Source of the DNA: a virus
Virus record (IMG/VR): IMGVR_UViG_3300047321_000170
Span: 1 to 64,000 of that record
Length of the DNA: 64,000 bases
Direction: 5' to 3' (one strand)
Below are positions 1 through 10,200 of this stretch, piece after piece; the stretch's first letter is position 1; each line of letters begins with the position of its first letter. The notes under the pieces are model-generated. The model was not told where the DNA came from. It saw only the letters and a list, made by a program, of their open reading frames with translations, and searched no databases. The position numbers and the translations under genes are program-made.

Positions 1-557
1 GGACGACCGCGTCGATCTCCGTGCCGGCCGGCGCCAACGCGATCGCGAGCGAAACCGAATCCCGGTACGTGACGCTCTCCTACATCGCGGGCGGTCAGAG
101 CCGCCAACAGCACGCTGCCTATAGCCTACACCCGTTCCTCCCCCTCGAAGCCTCTGCGGACGCCGTGCGCGGTCTCCTCGGGGTTGCTTCGGACGAGCTG
201 CCTGACGACGACATCGAGCTGGTCCCCGCCTACTACGACCTGGTGGCCGACAACGGCGACGCGTTCAAGAACGCCTTCACCACCGGCAACCGGCAACGAC
301 AGCAGGCCAACCGGGCGCTCGCGCTGCGCGCTGCGCTCGATGCCCTGCCCTCGTTGCAGCTGCGGGTCTTCCAGGCGCGCACGAGCGAGAACAACACCTT
401 CGGTCGGTTCCAGACCGTTGACTTCCAGCAGCTGCGGGTTGACCTCACGGACCAGCTCGCCGCGGCCTTGAACATCGCCAACGCCTCGACCGCGACGGTC
501 TCGATACCGACGCTGTTCGTGGTGTCCACTCCGACCGACCCGGTGACGAACTCATAA
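1..557 (+). CDS. Putative head-tail connector/virion protein (5' truncated)
   Basis: Frame open from the window edge; precedes neck and tail genes; stop overlaps next ATG. Confidence 0.55.
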   Translation, partial: TTASISVPAGANAIASETESRYVTLSYIAGGQSRQQHAAYSLHPFLPLEASADAVRGLLGVASDELPDDDIELVPAYYDLVADNGDAFKNAFTTGNRQRQQANRALALRAALDALPSLQLRVFQARTSENNTFGRFQTVDFQQLRVDLTDQLAAALNIANASTATVSIPTLFVVSTPTDPVTNS

Positions 558-1072
558 TGTCCGCGCTCCCGTCTCTCACACGCGTCCTGATTAACCTGAC
601 GCGAGGCAACTCCAAGATCTGGGGCGTCGTCAACCTGCCGAAAGGCAGCGCGACGGGCTCCCTCGACTTCAGTCCCGTCGCCAAGATGCTGCTGACGCGG
701 CGCGGCTCGGTGGCGGAACCCGGCGACACGGTCCTGGACCTGGGTGAGCGATACGTGCTTGGGTACTTCAGCGCGGGCGTCAACGACAGCCTGTTCCGGA
801 TGTTCCGCACGCCGCACACGGCCACCGTCACACGCATGTTGACGGGAAAAGATCCCGTGACCCAGCTCGAACGCTCCGGTCGGCCCACCCCCCTCGGGCT
901 GTGCTCGTTCGACCGCACGAACCTCGGCATGACGGGAGACTTTGGCGCACACAAGCGTGTGAGCTATCGGATCATCACCGGCTTCCCGCTGGAGATTAAC
1001 GACATGCTCGACGATCTGAAGATCACGAACGTCCGTAGCGAGCAAGGCGTGGTGATCGCAGAGGCTGAGTAA
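557..1072 (+). CDS. Putative head closure/head-tail joining protein
   Basis: 171 aa, translationally coupled; function from position only. Confidence 0.5.
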   Translation: MSALPSLTRVLINLTRGNSKIWGVVNLPKGSATGSLDFSPVAKMLLTRRGSVAEPGDTVLDLGERYVLGYFSAGVNDSLFRMFRTPHTATVTRMLTGKDPVTQLERSGRPTPLGLCSFDRTNLGMTGDFGAHKRVSYRIITGFPLEINDMLDDLKITNVRSEQGVVIAEAE

Positions 1073-1905
1073 TGCCAACCCTCCAGCAGACATGGTCTGA
1101 GCTTGAGGCTTATGTCGAGCGGATCTTCTTCTCCCAGGTCACGGACAAGATCGCGGGTTACGCCGACGATCTTGCGGTGCAGATCGAGAAGGATATTAAC
1201 CGCTCGCTCAATACGTTCTTCAAAGACCTGGCTGGCCTGATACAGCCGGGACTTGAGGGACCGCCAGACGGCCTTGACCAGTACATGTACGGCAGCTGGG
1301 GGGAACTCAGCAATCGCTACTACAGCTGGAAGAACCCCTCGTCTATCACGAGGGACAACAGAAGCAGCAACTTCTTCATGCTGAGCGAGCTGGCTCGCAT
1401 CAAGCGCAATTCGACGAAGTCAAAGCAGCAGTGGCGTCAAAAGAGAGTGAAGACGGTCAAGCAGCTGAAGGCGAGCCCGAGTCTGCGGATGCAAGTCAGC
1501 AACCTGGCCAACCCCAGCGCTTACTACGGCAAGGTCTCGGTGACGATCGAGTCGCACACCAAAGTCAACCGTGGTGGCCGACGCCAATACAAAGCGGGGA
1601 CGTTCCGTCAAGGCGTCAACGTAGGTGGTCAAGTGATCCGGTCGGCGAGTGACTTTGTCACACTGAGCGTTGTATGGCTCCCGGCCATTAACGGTCTCGA
1701 TCCCCTTACGCGGGGCGTGACGGAGAACCCGCGTGGAGGCGCCGCACTGCCTGACAGCCTGCGAACAAAGTTGCTCAACCATGAACACAACGAGCAAGGC
1801 GTGGCATATCGTCCGCTGCTCGGCCCCTACATGCTGTGGTATCAGGACATGGTGATTCGCAGAATCGTCAAGTCCGCGATAGCCCCTTACGGACCACTGG
1901 AATGA
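1072..1905 (+). CDS. Putative neck/tail completion protein
   Basis: 277 aa basic protein; function from position only. Confidence 0.45.
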   Translation: MPTLQQTWSELEAYVERIFFSQVTDKIAGYADDLAVQIEKDINRSLNTFFKDLAGLIQPGLEGPPDGLDQYMYGSWGELSNRYYSWKNPSSITRDNRSSNFFMLSELARIKRNSTKSKQQWRQKRVKTVKQLKASPSLRMQVSNLANPSAYYGKVSVTIESHTKVNRGGRRQYKAGTFRQGVNVGGQVIRSASDFVTLSVVWLPAINGLDPLTRGVTENPRGGAALPDSLRTKLLNHEHNEQGVAYRPLLGPYMLWYQDMVIRRIVKSAIAPYGPLE

Positions 1906-2363
1906 TCACGACCAACGCCTACGGCGACCATCTGTCGAGCCTGCTCAAGTTCTGCGGCGACTTCGCCGAAGAGATCAACGTACCGGGGCAACCTGACTTC
2001 CAGCCGGTCTACCTCGATGCCTACGAGGACTATGAAGCGTTGCCGGTCGGATCGCTGATCGGTGTCGCCGGCTACACGATCGGAATCGACGAGCACCTGG
2101 CCCACGTCACTGTGATGATCGGGCTCGCGACCGAGAACGATGCGAACGAGTTCCGGTTGACTGCGGCTATGGGGAAGTTAATGAATCGTCTGCTGCCCAC
2201 CAAGCGAATCGACGTGGTCGATTCAGAGACTGGTGAGCAGCTGGGTCAGATGACGATTGAAAACGGCATTCGAACGATGCCGTCGAGTGGAGCAATGGGA
2301 CGATCCATGAAATACATCGCATTCACGGCGTCGTCCGACGTTACTGTCGATTTGACTGCGTAA
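1902..2363 (+). CDS. Putative tail terminator protein
   Basis: ATG 1902 overlaps the upstream TGA; last structural gene before the tail tube gene. Confidence 0.5.
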   Translation: MITTNAYGDHLSSLLKFCGDFAEEINVPGQPDFQPVYLDAYEDYEALPVGSLIGVAGYTIGIDEHLAHVTVMIGLATENDANEFRLTAAMGKLMNRLLPTKRIDVVDSETGEQLGQMTIENGIRTMPSSGAMGRSMKYIAFTASSDVTVDLTA

Positions 2364-2535
2364 GGCTGCGGATCAACTCTGCATCTGACTTCGTGCCAGC
2401 GTCAAGGCCGGCTTCAATGAGAGTGATCAGCTCCGCGTTCTTCGTGCGGCGGTTGATCTTTGCTCGCGCGACGACTTGCTCATGTACCTCGGGCGGAAGT
2501 CGCAACGTGGACGCCACCATGTCTTCAACGTTCAT
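2341..2535 (-). CDS. Arc-family ribbon-helix-helix DNA-binding protein
   Basis: STLRLPPEVHEQVVARAKINRRTKNAELITLIE matches the Arc/Mnt pattern (LRLP...A..N.RS.NAEI); GGAG SD upstream. Confidence 0.85.
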   Translation of the reverse strand: MNVEDMVASTLRLPPEVHEQVVARAKINRRTKNAELITLIEAGLDAGTKSDAELIRSLTQSNRQ

Positions 2536-2567
2536 TCCTTGGTTCTCCTATTAACCAATAAAAACCT

Positions 2568-2606
2568 TTGATTCGAAACGGTAGCACACGTAGCATCCGT
2601 GCTACC
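2568..2606 (+). promoter_or_regulatory. Sigma70-like promoter of the tail tube gene with overlapping inverted repeat
   Basis: TTGATT(2568)-N17-TAGCAT(2591); inverted repeat GGTAGCAC(2580)...GTGCTACC(2599-2606). Confidence 0.5.
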
Positions 2607-2631
2607 AGATTTTTCAACCGGAGAACTAACG

Positions 2632-3423
2632 ATGGCTGGTGAAGCAAAGTCAAATAAGTTCATGCTTGGCGCGGCCACCGTGATGATCGGCCCGCAAAAA
2701 GACCTGTTCAACCTGAACCCCGACGACCACTCGATCGGTCTTGTCAAAAACTTCTCGATCAGCGGCCAGCCGGCATACACCGAACTGACGCAGGGCGTGA
2801 AGAACTCGGTGGTGTATTCGGTGATGACCGGTAACCCCGTCACCGCGACGATGGAAGTCTATGAGCACACGTCAAAGAACCTGGCATACGGCCTGGGTCT
2901 GGACGGCTCTGCGATGGACCCGATCGCCACGAAGACCACGACCAACGCTGACGTTCCTTCGAACATCGCGGGCACGAAGCTGCTCCCGGTGGCCTCGGTC
3001 ACGGACCTCGTCATTGGCGACTGGATTCAAGCCCTCGCTCCCGGCGCGACCGACAAAGTGCTGGTGGCCCGCATCACCGATGTCGACGCTGTTGCGAAGA
3101 CGCTCACGATTGCGGACGACCAGGCGTTCGACTACGCCCTGCCGATCGGCTCGACGGTGCAGAAGGTGAACGTGGTGGGTATCGGCTCGAAGTCCGACCA
3201 GCCGTTCCTGTCGGCCAAGGTCGTCGGCAACCTCGCGGACGGCACGCCGGTCGCGCTGCTGATCCCGAAGATCCGCATCACGGGCGGCTTCACGCTGGCG
3301 TTCAAGACGGACTCGTTCGGCAATCTGCCGTACAAGTTCCAACCGTACGACCTGGTCTCCGACGACCCGTTCTACGATACGTTCCTGCCGTTCGGCCAGG
3401 CGATGCTCGCAGCAGCGAACTAA
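2632..3423 (+). CDS. Major tail (tube) protein
   Basis: ATG 2632 after GGAG; beta-rich; followed by terminator, chaperones and tape measure. Confidence 0.8.
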   Translation: MAGEAKSNKFMLGAATVMIGPQKDLFNLNPDDHSIGLVKNFSISGQPAYTELTQGVKNSVVYSVMTGNPVTATMEVYEHTSKNLAYGLGLDGSAMDPIATKTTTNADVPSNIAGTKLLPVASVTDLVIGDWIQALAPGATDKVLVARITDVDAVAKTLTIADDQAFDYALPIGSTVQKVNVVGIGSKSDQPFLSAKVVGNLADGTPVALLIPKIRITGGFTLAFKTDSFGNLPYKFQPYDLVSDDPFYDTFLPFGQAMLAAAN

Positions 3424-3449
3424 GGTTCTTCGCGGTACTAAAAAGTTCC

Positions 3450-3478
3450 TTGCTGCACCAAGCCCTCAGATTTAAGAT
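3450..3478 (+). promoter_or_regulatory. Sigma70-like promoter
   Basis: TTGCTG-N17-TAAGAT, overlapping the terminator hairpin. Confidence 0.4.
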
Positions 3479-3491
3479 CTGAGGGCTTTTT
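3460..3491 (+). terminator. Intrinsic terminator
   Basis: AAGCCCTCAGAT-TTAAG-ATCTGAGGGCTT running into a T tract. Confidence 0.8.
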
Positions 3492-3514
3492 CATTTGGAC
3501 CACACCACCACCAC

Positions 3515-3949
3515 ATGACCACCACACCTGAAAAACGCCCAGCGCCCGAGCCGCGCTTCAAAGTCATGATCAACGGCGAAGAGCGCACGCTTTTCATGTC
3601 GTTTGGCTTGCTCAATGAGATCTGCCGCGCCATCGGTGGGCTCGAAGCCGCGATCCAGATCCCGGTCGATAACGAGCTGCGCGACTACAGCCTGCTGGCC
3701 GTGCTGTCGAAGCGGGACGAACTGGGTGCCGTTGCTGAAGGCGGCGCCGTCAACCTGCGCACGCTTGACATCGCCGTCGAGGATGTCGAAGAACTGCTGG
3801 CCTGGATCACGGATCACGTCACCGATTTTTTTCTGCGGACGATGGAGAGAGTCGTCAAGGGTCAGCAGAAGAACGCGGAGCGGTTCCAGGCTCTGGCAAA
3901 AAGCAAGCCGGAAAGCTCACCGCCTACACCGACTGGTTCCGCGGCCTGA
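3515..3949 (+). CDS. Tail assembly chaperone (gpG-like)
   Basis: Between tail tube and tape measure; contains T TTT TTT slippery heptamer. Confidence 0.8.
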   Translation: MTTTPEKRPAPEPRFKVMINGEERTLFMSFGLLNEICRAIGGLEAAIQIPVDNELRDYSLLAVLSKRDELGAVAEGGAVNLRTLDIAVEDVEELLAWITDHVTDFFLRTMERVVKGQQKNAERFQALAKSKPESSPPTPTGSAA

Positions 3950-4236
3950 GCTTTATCGAGGGGCTGTGCTGGGCGTTCGACGCAGTCCCTTCTGAAGTGG
4001 CCGGAATTATCTGGAAGTACACACGCGAGGACATTAAAATTCGCACACGCTTGCGCTTGGGTGAGACTCAGGCGCAGCACATGCAGGAATATCAGACGTT
4101 CGCCACCCTTCTCTCCGGAGTTCTCGGCACAAAAGAAGACGACTCAACTCCCGACTCGGACAAGTCATCTTCAGGAGTACCCAGTAACTTCGCGGATGCG
4201 CAGCGTCAACTCGCAGCAGTCTTCGGGAAATCATAG
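3829..4236 (+). CDS. Tail assembly chaperone -1 frameshift extension (gpGT-like)
   Basis: -1 frame open from 3829 to the stop at 4236 (..KLTAYTDWFRGLSFIEGLCWAFDAVPSEVAGIIWKY..). Confidence 0.7.
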   Translation, partial: FSADDGESRQGSAEERGAVPGSGKKQAGKLTAYTDWFRGLSFIEGLCWAFDAVPSEVAGIIWKYTREDIKIRTRLRLGETQAQHMQEYQTFATLLSGVLGTKEDDSTPDSDKSSSGVPSNFADAQRQLAAVFGKS

Positions 4237-4238
4237 GC

Positions 4239-7200
4239 ATGGCCAATCAAGAGCAGGTAAAGAACTTTGAAGTGGGTCTCGGACTCACTGAGGACACCCT
4301 TCGCCAGTATTCGCAGCTGAAGGATGTCCTCGGAGTCATCTACGGCCAGCTGACCAAAGTCAAGCAGGCCGCAGCCGAAATCCAGATCGGGGGTGTCGGC
4401 GCTCGCGGACCCAACGACCCTGCTCTTTCCCAGCAGCTCGCAGCCCTTCAGGCCGAGCTGCGCACCCTTCTCACGTCGATCCGCTCGGGTGGCCCGAACG
4501 CCCAGCTGAACTCGGCCATCCTCTCCGGCCAGCAACAGCAGAAGCAGTTCTCGGACGGGCGCCTCGACCTCGAATCAGCTCGAATTGCGAACGCGCAGGC
4601 TGAGCGTCGCGTGATGCTCGCGAAGCAGGAAAACATCGCTGCGGAAGCACGGCGCCAGTACGCCACCGAAGAGATCGGCCTGACGCGCGAGATCGAGCAG
4701 GTAACGCTGCGCGTCGCGGCTGCACAGAAGCAGCTCACGCAAGCGAGGCTCCAGGAGGACACTATCGCGGAGGGCGCGTCGAAGCGCGCGATCCGCGACT
4801 CACAACTGCGCATGCAGCAGCTGCGCGAAGAGCTGGAGCTGCGCGAGCGCGGCGCGCGCGTACGCCTCGGCAATACGCTCGACAACGGCAATGACGCGTC
4901 GGGCGCGCAGGCTCAACTTAAGGCCGTGCAGGACGCGCGTGCTGCGCTCTCCGACTCGATCCGCAACGCAGCCGGCGCGATCCGTACCGCCGAAAATGAA
5001 GCGAACAGGACGATCGCCCAGAAGACCGCGCCGGTCTCCACCGCGCATTCCGCCGCGATCCGCGAAGACCGCACGCGCGACTACCAGAACGAGCTGGCCA
5101 CCGCACAGGTCGGCCCGCCCGTTGACCTCTACTACAAGGAGCTTCAGCGCCAGGCTCGCGAGCGCGAGGCTGCGGCCGAGAAAGCCCAAGCTGAAGAGCG
5201 CGCGGCGTTCGCCCGCATCCAAAGCCAGATCCGGCCGGCACAGGTAGAGGACCGCCGTCGCCAGCAAGAAGCCGAAGCGCTCGCCGCTCAAATCGGCCCG
5301 CCCACCGACCTCTTCTACAAAGAGCTTCAGCGCAAATCGCGCGAGCTGACCGCTGCTGCCGAGAAGGCCAAGCAGCTTGAGCAGGCCGAGTTCAACCGGC
5401 AGCAGAACCAGATCCGCCCCGCGCAGATCGAAGACCGTCGCCGCCAGGCTGAAGCCGAACAGATGGCTGCTGAGATCGGCCCGCCTGTCGAGCTGTTCTA
5501 TGCCGAGCTTCAGAAGCGCGTCAAGGAGCTGGAAGCTGCTCGCCGCAAGGCTGAGCAGGAGATGCAGAAGCAGCAGGAAGAGTTCAACAAGGCTGGCGCC
5601 AAGTATGGTCCTGACCGTACGCAGCTGCTGAAGCTGCGCGACGCGCAGATGGCCAAGGAGCAACAACAGCAGGAGTCGAACTCGGACATCCGCCAACGCC
5701 GTCACGACCTGACGCTCGGCGACGGCGGCGCTTCCATCGCGATGACTCAGGCCGCGCTGACCACGAACTACTTCGTGACGCAAGGGATCGTCCAGGCGTT
5801 CAAGAGCGCGATCCAGTTCACGGTCGAGTACGAGGAAGCCCTCGCACACCTGAAGACCATCGCGGGCGCGACCGAAGGCCAGATGGCCACGCTTCAGTCA
5901 ACGGTCGAAAGTGTGTCCAACGTGACGCGCTACGGCGCTGTGGATCTGACCAAGGCAGCTGCTGCCCTGTCGGAGACAGGCGTCACCGTCAGCCAGATGG
6001 GCGTCGCACTCAAGGGCGTTGCCGACCTGGCTACGGCCACTGGTGAGGACTTCAACAAGACCGTCGATACGGTCACGGGTGCGCTCGGCGCGTTCAAGCT
6101 GTCGGCTACCGATACGGTCGACATCACGAACATGATCGCGCAGGCGGTCAACTCGTCGCGCCTGACGATGGACAAGCTGAAAACGTCCATCGAAACGGCC
6201 GGCGAGACCGCAAGCGAGGCTGGCGTCTCCTTTAAGGAAATGCTGGCTGCGAACGTGGCCATCACGAACACCGGCACGGCCTCGGGCGCCACGCTCGGGG
6301 GCGGTCTGCGCTCGCTGCTGACGGACCTCGAAAAGCCTAGCGACAAGTTCAAGGCGACGCTCGAACGCGTGGGCCTGACCGAAGACGACATTAACGTCAA
6401 GACGCAAGGTCTGTACGGCGCGATGTCGAACCTGCACGATGCTGGCTTCGACGCAGCCGACGCCATGCAGTCGTTCGACGCGCGCGCCGCGTCGGCCTAC
6501 ACGTCCCTCTCTGGCAACCTCGCCGCGTTCGCAGAATTCGAAACGAGCCTGAATTCGACGGACGCCGCGGCGCGGGCCAACGCGGACCAGATGAAGACGC
6601 TGGGCGCGCAGTACGATCGTTTCAAGAACCAGACGAGCCTGCTGGTCGGAGAAGGCTTTAAGCCCCTGCTCGACGGCTTTAAAGATGTCGTGTCGTTCGC
6701 CGCGGATGCCGAGACGAGTATCCGCAGCATGAGCTTCGCAGTGGAAGCCACCGGCACGATCTTGGGAGGCGCTACGATCGCCTTGGGTACGCAGTACGTG
6801 GGCAAGCTCGGGGGCGGGCTCCTGGGCCTCGCAACGGGCGGTTTCGCGGCTGCTGAGGGCATGGCCGCAGTCGGCGCTACTATGGGCCTGTGGATCGGTG
6901 TCGCAGCCGCAGCCGCAGCAGGAATCGCCTTCCTGGTGAACCGTCTAACGGATTCGAAGAAGGCCTTCGAAGAGCAGCAGACCGCCGTCAACACGGCCAA
7001 GGACACGCTCACCGAGTCGAAGCAGGCCTACGACAGCATCGGCACGACGATCGTGACGCTGACCGACAAGATGGACGCGCTCAACAAGCATCCAGAGATG
7101 CTGAAGCGCGAGATCGACGATGTGGGCAAGCAGTTCGAGAAGTACGGTGAGCAACTGGACAAGAGCGCGATCCAGAAGACGGAAGATCTGATCAAGGTGC

Positions 7201-10200
7201 TGAAGGATCTGCACGACCAGATGGGCCAGAAGTACGAGCTGAACACCGTCCGATACGGCCAGCAGCTCGACCTGTTGACAGTACAGGCTCAGCAACAGGT
7301 GCAGGACACGAATTCAAAGTTCGGCCGCAATGCCTTCAACGGCCCTTCGGACAAGATCGAGCGCGCGCGCTCCAGCAAGAACACCGAGTACGTGGAAGGT
7401 GTCGTCGGCGGGCTGAACGGCGATGACTCACAGTACAACGTGCTGCCTAACGGCCAACGGTCCAGCGGCTATGCGGATCTCGGCGCAGGCCTCAACGCGC
7501 CCAACCTGGCTTCGTTCGTCAAGCTGCTAGGGGATGTCGGCGTCAAGGATCTGGACAAGGTCACATCTGGCTTCAAGGCTGCGCTCGACCCGAATGCGAC
7601 GGCAGACGTTGGCAACGATCCGCAAAAGGCTCAGGCGTACCTGAATCTGCTAGGCCAAGCAAACACCGGCCTGACGGCTGCGCAGATCAAGCTCGGTGAG
7701 CAGCGAAACGCAACGGGCACCGACGACGCTACCAAGCAGCGTATCGACGCGCTCGTGCAAATCTTCGCGAATGCGGGCGACCAGCTAAAGAAGTCGGTCG
7801 AAGCGGGGCAGACGCTGGCTGGAAACCTCAGCCAGAGGAAGGTCACCGAGGCGGATGTCGCGAACATCCAGTATGAGAACAACAACCCTGGTGCGCTCGC
7901 ACGTCGCACGGAGATCGAGAAGGTCATCCAGCGCTCGGTGGCGCTGCGCACCGCTGGCCTCGGCAGCAGCCGCGGTATCGACGATCTCTGGGCCGCTCAG
8001 ATCAACGCCGAAAGCCGTGGTCAGCAGTTCGACGCAAACGGTAGGACGCTTACCTCGTCCAAGGGCGCGATGGGCATCGCTCAAGTCCGTCTTTCGACTG
8101 GACCTGAAGCCGCCCGCCTGGCGGGCGAGACTTGGGACGAGAACAAGTTCCGCAACGACGCTGGCTACAACGAGAAGCTGGGTAAGGCGTACATGTCGCA
8201 CATGCTCGACCTGTACGGCGGTAACAACACGCTCGCGCTGGCTGGGTACAACTGGGGTCAAGGGAACGTCAACAACCTGCTGAAGAAGAAGAACCCGGAT
8301 GGCACGACAAACGACTTCCGCGTGCTGTCGAACAACCTGACTGAATCGGACTTCATCGACAAGCTGCCGAAGGAAACGCGCGACTATATCGCCAGAATCG
8401 GAGGCAGCGGTGCAGGCAACCTTGGACGCTTCGATCGACTCAACAGCAGCATCCCCGTTGCATCGCAAGTGCGCGACCTGAACGACCTGGTCCAGAGCCT
8501 GACCGCGCAGCGCGAAGCGAGCAAAGGCAACGCCCCTGAAGTCGCGTCGATCGAGAAGCAACTCACTGCGGCGAAGACCGAGCTGGCTGCATGGGAAAAG
8601 AAGTTTGACGAAGCGCGGGTTTCTGCCGCCCCGGCTCTCAAGAAGGCTTCCGCAGCGGATGAAGCTGCGTTGAATGCGCGCGTCAAGGCGCTTGACGCGC
8701 AGATCGGTAACTCGCGCAACATCGACGAAGTGCAAGCTATCGGGAAGCAAGCTGACGACACCATCGCAGCGGTGTATGGCCGCAAGATCGACACGCTCCG
8801 CGCTATCAGCCCCAAGGTCAAGACTGCGGACGGCACCCTCGACTACACCGCTGAAGTGCGTCAGCAGATCGAATCGCTCCAGAACGAGCGTGACGAGAAG
8901 ATCAAGGCGCAGGACGAAGCGATCAAGAAGCACATCGAGTCGATCAAAGACGCGTTGGACAAGGCCGAGCTGAAGAAAAACCTCGAAGCCGAAGCTCAGC
9001 AGTTTAAGGACGAGATGTCTGACCTGAAGCAACGTCAGCAGATCGAATCCACCGCGCACAGCACCGGTCTCAAGCAGGCAGCTCAACCCTTCAAGAACGA
9101 CCAGGCCGAAGCCTCGTACATGTCCGACCCGCGCTACTCCGCGCGTTTCAGCCAGGTGCAACGGACTGCCCTGTCGTTCCAGACCGCAGCCGACAGCGAT
9201 CGGAAGGACCAAGCCACGCTGGCTGAGGACCGCCGCCACCAGCTCCAGCTCCAAGCAGAGGAAGAACAGGCAAAGGCTGCGTTCTCGCGAACTGGCTCAA
9301 AGCTGACCGACCGACAAGACGCGCTGAGCAAGTCGACCGACGACAAGGAGCAGGCTCGCATCCAGCAACAGATCAACCAGCTGCTGGATGAACAGCGCAC
9401 TCAGGAGGAGAAGGTCACCGCCGCGTCGGATAAACGCAAGAAGAATGCTGAGGCAATCCTGGAGCTGGAAGAGAAGATCAGCTCGAAGGATGCCTCACCG
9501 ATGGGCCTGATGGAGGGCATCAATGCGGCGAATGCGAACTTCTTGCAACAGCACGACCTGATGGCCAATGCGATCGACGGCTACAACAGCTTGCTCGGCA
9601 CGGCGACGAACTCGTTCGAGCAGTTCTTCGATAGCATCGCAACCGGCTCGCGCAGCGCAGGCCAGGCGATCGGCGACTTCGCTCGCTCGTTCCTGAAGGC
9701 GATGTTGCAGATCCTCGAACAGCAGGCCGCGCTCGCCGCAGTGAAAGCGATCATCTCGGCGTTCGGTGGCGCCTTCGGCAGCTCGGGGCAAGCCGCTGGC
9801 ACGACCTCCGGTGTGAACTCCTACGGGTTCACTATGCCAACCGGGTCGATCCAAGGCGGTTCGGTCGGCTCAACCGGCCTCGTGACACGCGGCGGTGGTT
9901 TCACGCGCTTCGCGGCGGGTGGCTCGGTCAACGGTCCTATCACGACCCGCGACTCGGTCAATGCCCTGCTGAAACCCGGTGAGTACGTGCTGAACTCCGA
10001 CGCGACCGACATGGTCGGCACAGACTTCCTCGACGGCCTCAACTCGAAGGGCAACCGGATGATCTCGAAGAGCACGCCGGCCCCTCTGCCGAAGCGCGAC
10101 GCAAAGCCCTCCTTCACGAACGTCTGGGTCGTGGCACCCGACCAGAAGCCGCAGATGGGGCCGAGCGACGTGGTCGCCATCATGAGCGACGACATCATGC

